A stretch of DNA of 64,000 bases from an uncultured Clostridia bacterium. Its GTDB lineage: Bacteria > Bacillota > Clostridia > TANB77 > CAG-508. The stretch's first letter is position 1. Each line of letters starts with the position of its first letter. Where the stretch lies: positions 2,829 to 66,828 of the forward strand of contig CANRGN010000006.1 of the NCBI GenBank assembly GCA_947630235.1, read 5' to 3'. The notes under the pieces were generated by a model that did no database searches, had not been told where the DNA came from, and saw nothing but the letters and a program-made list of their open reading frames with translations. Shown here one piece after another: positions 56,850 through 64,000 of the stretch. Position numbers and translations under genes: made by a program.

Positions 56850-57855
56850 TTAATTCCCATTGCTACACATAAACCATGTAGCTACAGGAATTTCATTATT
56901 TATCGTATTTTCATCTAATCTTACATTTATAACATCTATTGATACATCTTCTAATTGTTCTATTTTATTATAACCACCTTTACATTCTATGTTAGTATTT
57001 GAATTAAGTTCAACTTTCATTTCAAACTCACTATCTTCATTATAGTCTTCTACTAAATCTTTTATAGTTAGTGTTAAAATTGCTTTATTATCATTTATTA
57101 TATTTAACTCTTTGCCTGTTATGGTAGCTTTCCAATAAAGAGGATTTTCTAAAGATAAATTTTTGATTAATTCTTTTTTTAGTTCTTCACCTTTTATATC
57201 ACTTAATATACTAATAACATGTTTTGAATTGTAAGAAAATGTACTTATATAATATCCTACTTTTAGTTCACTAATATCTAATTCATCATTTGTTCTTCCA
57301 TTTATATACTTAAATTGTTTACTAAGATCTATTAAATATTTTTTGTTCGTTGACTGATTTTCAAAAATTATATCATCAGAATTAATTTCAGTTATTACTC
57401 CTTCATAGTCAAATCCATCACTTATTTTGTTTGTAATATCTTTTATAAAATCTGTTGTCTCTATCCTTTGCTTATCATTAAATAATTGTATTTGATTATT
57501 GGCTACAATAATCTTAATACTTTCATTTGGATTTATATAATCTAATACATTTTCAGATATATTAATTTCATTAGAATATCCTGTTACTCTTTTACCATGT
57601 CCTTTTTCATATTTAAAATTCTTCTGTTAGTTTTTATCATTTTGTATTATTTCAACTATTTTCTTTTTAATAGTATAACAAGGGGACGTTGAGCCAAGGG
57701 GAAATGGTCCCCTTGGCCCACAAAAACCTTCTAATTCATGTAATTTTTTATAAATTTCTCCATCTTCTAATTCAACATTAAATTTATTTTTTTATTCAGG
57801 TAATGTATTAAGATATTCTATATTCATTTTTTGGGCATGTCCACATTTTATTCAT
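56850..57855 (-). pseudogene. Disrupted gene of unknown function: one frame of about 325 codons with two in-frame TAA codons plus an N-terminal frameshift
   Basis: Absent from the ORF track. My translation is MNIEYLNTLPE*KNKFNVELEDGEIYKKLHELEGFCGPRGPFPLGSTSPCYTIKKKIVEIIQNDKN*QKNFKYEKGHGKRVTGYSNEIN...VATWFMCSNGN*. A further upstream piece, MNKMWTCPKNEYRIS*, lies in another frame. Confidence 0.6.
57679..57719. repeat. GC-rich palindromic block inside the pseudogene
   Basis: CAAGGGGAcgttgagCCAAGGGGAaatggTCCCCTTGGccc contains a 9-bp perfect hairpin (57694-57716) and a third direct copy of CAAGGGGA. It is unique in the window and sits in AT-rich context. Confidence 0.7.
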
Positions 57856-57897
57856 TTATTTTTCTTTAGGTAATTCTATTTATTAGGGGTTTCTCGA

Positions 57898-58914
57898 TTA
57901 ATCTTCATATCCTTTTGGATTTTTTTTCTGCCAGTTCCAAGAATCTTTGCACATATCTTCAAGAGTTAATTCTGCTCGCCACCCTAAAAGTTTGGCAGCT
58001 TTATCAACTGAAGCATAACATTCGTCTATATCCCCAGGTCTTCTCTTTCCAATAACAACTGGAATTTGAATATTATTTGCCTTTTCAAATGCATGAACTA
58101 CATCCCATACACTACTTCCATTTCCTGTTCCTAAATTAATAGCTTCTACTCCAGTATGTTCTGTTGCATATTTTATAGCAGCAACATGACCTCTAGCCAA
58201 ATCAACCACATGGATATAATCACGTACTCCGGTACCATCGTGAGTATTATAATCAGTACCATAAATGGTTAAAAACTCACGAACACCTACAGCAGTTTGA
58301 GTAACATAAGGCATTAAGTTATTTGGAATACCATCTGGTGCTTCACCAATTAACCCACTTGGATGAGCTCCGATTGGATTGAAATACCTAAGTAGTACAG
58401 CTGAAAAATCTGTAGAAGCTACAGCGACATCTGTTAAAATGTCTTCAATCATTAATTTTGTTCTGCCATACGCATTTGTTGCTCCTCCAACAGGCATATT
58501 TTCCTTGAAAGGTACTGGATTCTTATCTCCATACACTGTCGCTGAAGAGCTAAACACAATTGCGGTGCAATTATATTTATTCATTACTTCAAGCAATGAA
58601 AGAGTTGTATCCAAATTGTTTCTGTAATATTTTAAAGGAATCTTTGTTGATTCAGGGACACATTTAAATCCCGCAAAATGGATTACCCCAGTAATGTTGT
58701 TTTCATTAAAAACTTTGCAAAGATCTTCTGCAACAGAAACATCAATCTTGTAAAATTTAGGATACTTTCCTGTAATTGTCTTGATACGATTAAGAACCTT
58801 TTCGTTGCTATTAGATAGATTATCAACGATAACTACATCATAGCCAGCGTTGATTAATTCTACAGCTGTGTGTGAGCCTATAAAACCTGCTCCTCCAGTT
58901 AATAATATTGACAT
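57898..58914 (-). CDS. galE: UDP-glucose 4-epimerase
   Basis: Start at MSILLTGGAGFIGSH with RBS aaggagga. SSSATVYG and YGRTK (YxxxK) motifs. GC-richer than its flanks. Confidence 0.9.
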   Translation of the reverse strand: MSILLTGGAGFIGSHTAVELINAGYDVVIVDNLSNSNEKVLNRIKTITGKYPKFYKIDVSVAEDLCKVFNENNITGVIHFAGFKCVPESTKIPLKYYRNNLDTTLSLLEVMNKYNCTAIVFSSSATVYGDKNPVPFKENMPVGGATNAYGRTKLMIEDILTDVAVASTDFSAVLLRYFNPIGAHPSGLIGEAPDGIPNNLMPYVTQTAVGVREFLTIYGTDYNTHDGTGVRDYIHVVDLARGHVAAIKYATEHTGVEAINLGTGNGSSVWDVVHAFEKANNIQIPVVIGKRRPGDIDECYASVDKAAKLLGWRAELTLEDMCKDSWNWQKKNPKGYED

Positions 58915-59039
58915 TGTTAATTTCCTCCTTGACTTTTTTTCTACCATATCAGAAGCATCACCGTCAAAGTTGTCTATAAAATCAGACTTGTTGTATATAG
59001 ATCCTCCTAGATACATATATGGATATTTGCTCTTTACAG

Positions 59040-59488
59040 TGGTTTACTGCAATAACAAATTTTCTACAATATAGTATAAAATTTGTTTCTTTTTTTCCAA
59101 AATGAACAACATGTATTTTCAACATCCTTATTTTCAGTAATATATTTCTCCAATATATATTCTCCCGTAGTAGGAAATATATTTTGAATTAAAAATACTG
59201 CACTTTTTCCAACTACGATTATATCACACTATGAATTTATTTCAAATTTCTTCTTCCTCATATTTGCTATTTCTACTTTGAATAAATTATTATTTGATTT
59301 CTCGTCTAACTCATTGTTATTTTCATTTACCATGTCTACTTTTGATAAATTCATTGATTTCTCTTCTAATTCATTATTTTTTTATTTGTAACTTGCTTAT
59401 TTTTTACAAGAAAATAAGTTCCAAAAACTATTCCAATAAGCAACATTATAGCTACTATCACCAAAGTAATTTTACGTGATTTTTTCAT
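59040..59488 (-). pseudogene. Decayed ORF fragments (signal/TM start then multiple stops and frameshifts)
   Basis: MKKSRKITLVIVAIMLLIGIVFGTYFLVKNKQVTNKK... breaks after about 38 codons. Later frames read NNELEEKS/NNELDEKS repeats and DIIVVGKSAVFLIQNIFPTTGEYILEKYITENKD. Track ORF 59294..59479 is antisense. Confidence 0.4.
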
Positions 59489-59828
59489 AAAAAAAATTTT
59501 CCCATTTTAATAATTTGATTTTCTCCATTAATTCACAAAAATTACTCCTAAATAAAATTATAGCAAAAAAATACTTACTTCTCAAGTACAATCTCATATT
59601 TTGTGGTATTGGATTATCTATGTTTTTTCAATATTTTTAGAAAAAATTAATGTAGGTAATTTTTATAATTTGCCTACATTAATTTTACATTTACATCATT
59701 ATTTTCTATATACAATTTTACACTGTACTTTATTTTTTTTATAATTATTTGATAATCTAAACTTAATTTTCCTTTAGACCAAACGTCGTCACTATTATTT
59801 CTAATTGAAAAAATGGATCAATTTTAAA

Positions 59829-60909
59829 TTAGAAATTTTCCAAATTATTTATTGTTTTAATTATTTTCTTATAATTTCTATTTATTCTAATTCTTGAATA
59901 ATTTTGATCTAAATTTAAAAAACATTTTCCACTTTCTGTTATAATATCTTTTCTTTGTAATTCTTGTGTTAAATTTATATTCTTTTTTGCTTTTAATGTA
60001 AATATTGGTGTTTCTATGTTAGTATATAAATATTGATTAGAATTTAATTTTGCATAAATTTTTTTATTTATTTCTATTACTTTATTTTTTGTACTTTCTA
60101 TTTTTTTATAATCATTTAAAATATTTAAAAAGATATTTGCAGATAGATCAGAAAAAGGAAATGGTAATGTTATTTCATTATATACTTTAATAAATTCTTT
60201 ATCAGCAAAAAGATATCCTATTCTATGGTTTGGCAATCCATAGAATTTCGAAGCACTCTTCATTACAACAACATTATCATATTTTCCTATTAAATTGATA
60301 CTAGAATTAGAAGGAGACATATAATCACCATATGCTTCATCTATCATGACTATAATTCCATACATTTTTGCTTTTTTCACAATTTCTTCTATATCTTTAA
60401 TATCAATAATTTGACCTGTAGGATTATTTGGATTATCAATATATATTAAGCTATCATCTTTGGTGATTTCATTTAAAAAATGTTTTAAAATAAATCTATA
60501 ATTATATTTTGGCTCTAATTTATAATAGTGATAAATTCCTTTTCTTAATTCTACTTCTGATATAAATCTTGTAAATTGAGGAGCTATACCTAATACTTTG
60601 GTATTTTCATTAATTAAGAATGTACTTAAATTTCTAATTATTCCCATTGTGCCAGGAGCCGAATGCAATATTTTCAAGTTCAATATTTGGGTTAAAATGA
60701 TAAAAATCTACTAATTTTTGTTTTAATAATTCATATTCATTCAATGGATATCTATTAATTACTGACTTTGATTTATTGATACATTTTTTTATTGTTCCTT
60801 TATTTATAAAAGGATTTGTTCCAAGAGAACAATCTAAACTTTTTTTACTTATTTTTATCTCTTCCATATAATCTTTAACTTTAAATTTTTTATAATATTC
60901 ACTTATCAT
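59829..60909 (-). pseudogene. Class I/II aminotransferase (HisC/CobD-like) split by a 1-nt frameshift
   Basis: Track ORFs 60634..60909 (...NIAFGSWHNGNN*) and 59829..60683 (..HSAPGTMGIIRN...NPNNPTGQ...SASKFYGLPNHRIGY) belong together. Removing one c in ggctcctggcac restores AFGSGTMGII. Confidence 0.7.
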
Positions 60910-60962
60910 AACAAAAACTCCTTTATTATTTATTTTATATAATAATTCTTTATGTTAATCAA

Positions 60963-61137
60963 CTAATTTACAATAACTTTATTCAAGTTTACTTCATAGT
61001 CGTAATTTAAATTTCTATTTTCTTCAAATAACTCTATTAATTCTTCTGGAATTTTTGAGCACTCTTCTTCGTTCAAACAACTTAATATTTCATATACTTC
61101 TGTATATGCATTTGCGTATTTAGTCCTATCATTTCAA
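60963..61137 (-). pseudogene. C-terminal gene fragment without a start codon
   Basis: The frame reads DRTKYANAYTEVYEILSCLNEEECSKIPEELIELFEENRNLNYDYEVNLNKVIVN* and is preceded immediately by an in-frame TGA. Confidence 0.35.
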
Positions 61138-61175
61138 AATAATATCAAAAATAAAATAATTGATTTCTAATTATT

Positions 61176-62069
61176 TCAATCATCTATACTTACCAACCTA
61201 TATTTTTGATTTCCAAGTCCAATTTCTTCTGCATAAGGTAATATGTGCCTTCCAAGCTTACGATCTATTCTTTCTCGTAAGAGATGAGCACCTTTATCTT
61301 TTGAAGCCCATATCATATCAATAAATGCTTGGTCATTTGCTACTGGATCTAAAGATGCTACTATTCCTAAATCTTCCATTACAGGATCTGTTTGATGTGC
61401 ATCACAATCGCAATCAACTGATAAGAAATTCATTACTGTTATATAAACTATTTTTTTATTATTTACCTCAAAATAATCTGCAACTGATTTTGCTGCTTCT
61501 GCCATTGCCTCAATAAAAGCTTCTTGTTTTGGAAGTTTTGCCCATAATTCATCTGGATTTTCTGTTATTCCTGCTGTATGAATATATGCTTTTCCATTTC
61601 TTGATGCAACACCTATTGATTGATTTTTTAAATTTGCACCAAATCCACCCATAGCATGACCTTTACCATGTGCCAAATTTACCATTGCATCATATCTGTC
61701 TAAATGTGTCCCAACTAAATCATATTTTAAATGTTTGCCATTGTTTACTGGTATTTTCATTTCTCCATCGGCATCCATAATATCTACATCAGCATAAGAT
61801 GTAAATCCATGTTTTTCTGCTACTTTCATGTGATCTTCTGCAGTATTTCTTGCACCATCATAAGCTGTATTGCATTCAATAATTGTTCCATTTAGTTTTT
61901 TTACGAATGGTCCAATTAAATCTGCTTTTAGATATCCTCTTGCCCCATCTTCTCCAGTTGAAACTTTTACACCGATTTTTCCTTTTAACTCTACTCCAAG
62001 AGCCTCATATATTTTAATTAAATTTTCAGGAGTTATCTCCTTTGCATAATAAACTTTTGATTTTTCCAT
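61176..62069 (-). CDS. DUF362 domain protein
   Basis: MEKSKVYYAKEITPENL...IECNTAY...HGKGHAMGGFGANLKN...DCDCD layout resembles DUF362. The start at Met5 is better spaced from the RBS. GC-richer than its flanks. Confidence 0.65.
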   Translation of the reverse strand: MEKSKVYYAKEITPENLIKIYEALGVELKGKIGVKVSTGEDGARGYLKADLIGPFVKKLNGTIIECNTAYDGARNTAEDHMKVAEKHGFTSYADVDIMDADGEMKIPVNNGKHLKYDLVGTHLDRYDAMVNLAHGKGHAMGGFGANLKNQSIGVASRNGKAYIHTAGITENPDELWAKLPKQEAFIEAMAEAAKSVADYFEVNNKKIVYITVMNFLSVDCDCDAHQTDPVMEDLGIVASLDPVANDQAFIDMIWASKDKGAHLLRERIDRKLGRHILPYAEEIGLGNQKYRLVSIDD

Positions 62070-62192
62070 AATATTCATCATCCTTTCTTTATAATTTTAT
62101 ATTTTAGATAATCTTCAATTGCTTTTTTAGTTGGTTTATTAAGATAACAAGTTCTTTCTTAAAGTTACTAAATTCCATACTATCTCTTCGTT

Positions 62193-62690
62193 TTATTTCC
62201 AATTTTCTAATTTGTATTTTTCTGTATTTTCTAAAAGAATTATTTGTTTCTTTATTTCTTCAATGTCTTCGTCATTGAATGGTGTAAAATTATCATAAAA
62301 AGGATCATCAGGATTTGGAAATTTCAATGCTTCTCCCCAGATTTGAACTTTTGATTCTTTTGTTCTTCCATATAAATGTATATGAAACTTTGGCTTAGTA
62401 CCTTTTAGATATGCCCAGTTTCCATTATCTTGATAGTTTATCCTTTCAATATTAATTCCTCTATTTTTCATACCTTCTATCATTGCTTCGCTTATTAACA
62501 TTGATAAACGCATTACCTCAATAGCTTCTGTAGGACTTAGGTCTAATCTACTTGCAAAATATTTTTCTTTAGCTCCTATCCATATATGACCTCCGTCTTC
62601 TCTTGAAATGTGTACTTTATATGGTACACATACTATAAAATTTTCAGTTTGATAGATTATCTTATCCTTCATTATTTTGTTTTCTTCCAT
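62193..62690 (-). CDS. HIT-like protein with a degenerate triad (H-x-H-x-Y)
   Basis: TENFIVCVP...GGHIWI... and KFHIHLYGR sit where HIT proteins carry HxHxHxx. RBS aaggaga. Confidence 0.55.
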   Translation of the reverse strand: MEENKIMKDKIIYQTENFIVCVPYKVHISREDGGHIWIGAKEKYFASRLDLSPTEAIEVMRLSMLISEAMIEGMKNRGINIERINYQDNGNWAYLKGTKPKFHIHLYGRTKESKVQIWGEALKFPNPDDPFYDNFTPFNDEDIEEIKKQIILLENTEKYKLENWK

Positions 62691-62939
62691 AAATTTCTCC
62701 TTATAAATTATTTTTTTATTCTTAATAAATTTGAAAATTAGTACTCTCTCCTACTTTAATATTTTTTCATATTTTACATCTCCATTCCTCAACTATATGC
62801 ATATAACAAAAACATTCATTTCTTATATATACATATTTCCACAAATTTACTATTTTGCTCATAATTTTTCCTTCTATTTAAAATACTTTTTCCACCATCT
62901 ACAAAATAAGTAAGTATATAAACTCCAACTTTACTTGCA

Positions 62940-63587
62940 TTAACTCTTAGCATTGATGATGAAATTTTTGACTTTATTTTTATCTTTAATACCAAATTCG
63001 TTTTTACATCCGCTATTAACATCTACTCCATATGGATGAGCTAATGAAATTGCCTGTTTCACATTATCTGGATTTAAGCCACCAGCTAAAAAAACTGGTT
63101 TATTTAATTTTTTTATTACTTCTGAACTTTTATTCCAATCATGAGTTAATCCAGTTCCACCAACCTGATTGGTTTTTAAATTAAAACTATCTAATAAATA
63201 ATAATCTGCATACTTCATTTTTTTATAATTAGTACATATCTTACCATCTTTAGAAATATGGATTAATCTAACAAGTTTTACATTTGGTAATGATTTATAT
63301 ATTTTTTCTACTTCATTTTCTTCAATATCAGAATGTAATTGAATAATATTGTTTCCAATAAATTTTGTTAATTGAATTATTTTTTCAGCATCTGTTAAGT
63401 GAGTCACTAAAGATACATCACATCTTTTATCTACAAAATGAGTTATTTCTTTGGCTTTATATTTATCAATAAAATCATTACTATTATGTTCTTGTCCTAC
63501 TAATATACCTATTATATCAGCTCCTGCATCTAAACACATTTTAGCTTCATCAACACTTTTATTCGCACATATTTTTACTTTAATCAT
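62940..63587 (-). CDS. trpF: Phosphoribosylanthranilate isomerase-like (TrpF family)
   Basis: MIKVKICANKSVDEAKMCLDAGADIIGIL... and ...VFLAGGLNPDNV...PYGVDVNSGCK are typical PRAI ends. Confidence 0.75.
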   Translation of the reverse strand: MIKVKICANKSVDEAKMCLDAGADIIGILVGQEHNSNDFIDKYKAKEITHFVDKRCDVSLVTHLTDAEKIIQLTKFIGNNIIQLHSDIEENEVEKIYKSLPNVKLVRLIHISKDGKICTNYKKMKYADYYLLDSFNLKTNQVGGTGLTHDWNKSSEVIKKLNKPVFLAGGLNPDNVKQAISLAHPYGVDVNSGCKNEFGIKDKNKVKNFIINAKS

Positions 63588-63616
63588 AAATAATTTTTTC
63601 CTTTAACCTCCTATAA

Positions 63617-63978
63617 TTACATTGTTTCTTTTATAAACTTTATTGTTACATCAACAGCTTTTTCTATTGCTTCTTTTGAAATTTCAATCCTAATTTAAAC
63701 TCTTTACTCAAATTTCCATTGCTTATGTATCTCCGAATTATCAAATACTGTTAATGCAGAAGGAGTAAGTATCATTTCTATCATTAAGTCATGTCTATTA
63801 GATATATTCATATTCAGTAATGGTAAAACGTGGTTCAAAATATCTTCGATTTGCATTAATGACTGCTGCTAGAATGGTTTGTTTAAATGATTTTTCCATA
63901 TATACTATCTGCAATATTTTGTGCAACACTTCTTGTTACACCACTTGCTGAAAAATAAGTTACTAATACTTTACTCAT
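63617..63978 (-). pseudogene. Flavodoxin remnant
   Basis: MSKVLVTYFSASGVTRSVAQNIADSIYGKII* has a canonical flavodoxin N-terminus and RBS agaaagagg. Multiple stops and frameshifts follow. The final frame ends ...EISKEAIEKAVDVTIKFIKETM*. Confidence 0.55.
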
Positions 63979-64000
63979 AATAAAATTACCTCTTTCTTAA

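Noticed and set aside
56850-57855. In-frame TAA codons, considered as evidence for stop-codon reassignment
   Set aside because: TAA terminates many well-defined genes in the same window, for example the DUF1540 gene, the small ORF before ispH and the 56850 frame itself. A reassigned code is therefore untenable, and nonsense mutation or sequencing error is the parsimonious explanation.
59635-59690. Hairpin AATTAATGTAGG...CCTACATTAATT sharing the 11-mer GTAGGCAAATT with the terminator at 29341-29364
   Set aside because: The shared length is too short to distinguish from chance in this composition. It is treated as an ordinary bidirectional terminator.
62816-63022. Minus-strand 68-aa ORF overlapping the trpF 3' end
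   Set aside because: It overlaps the better-supported TrpF frame and has no RBS. The portion beyond the trpF stop (..GVYILTYFVDGGKSILNRRK..) might be another remnant, but I cannot support that.

Overview
AT-rich, low-GC chromosomal segment of a spore-forming Firmicutes/Clostridia-type bacterium; spoIIM, a DUF1540 protein, ChW repeats, a T-box leader and an LPXTG protein all point that way. All calls rest on reading the translations and DNA by eye, with no database search. About 50 intact genes are present, and every one except mscL is on the minus strand, often with touching or overlapping stop and start codons.

Positions 1-50.4 kb are mostly housekeeping:
- A MacB-type ABC efflux operon with two tandem HlyD-like adaptors, one of them frameshifted.
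- Envelope genes: a Wzx-like flippase, PBP1A and a D-Ala-D-Ala carboxypeptidase.
- tRNA-Thr(GGU), xerD, spoIIM, an RsmB/F-type methyltransferase, an endonuclease-Q-like PHP protein, smpB and fba.
- nadD, metG, glmM, a Wzz/BY-kinase fusion, an RluA-type synthase, a SAM methyltransferase and ispH.
- A fused MacB-type ABC protein, uvrC, hpt, ychF, pgi, mscL, deoB, helD, a GH25 muramidase, a DagK-type lipid kinase, and thrS with its T-box leader.

From about 50.65 kb to the window end the character changes. GC content becomes patchy and at least seven gene remnants appear among orphan genes (galE, a DUF362 protein, a HIT-like protein, a lone trpF). This part also holds a protein built from a near-perfect 501-bp tandem duplication and a 1006-aa secreted HExxH metalloprotease with six ChW repeats.

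No CRISPR array, transposase, prophage or recognisable defence system was seen. The items most worth a second look are:
1. A dispersed intergenic element family. It has two roughly 100-nt copies at about 86% identity by my manual alignment, plus diverged copies and a roughly 40-nt hairpin module.
2. The helD plus 779-aa coiled-coil orphan pair.
3. The gene-decay island, including a pseudogene with two in-frame TAA codons and a GC-rich palindromic insert.
4. The ChW metalloprotease and its duplicated neighbour.
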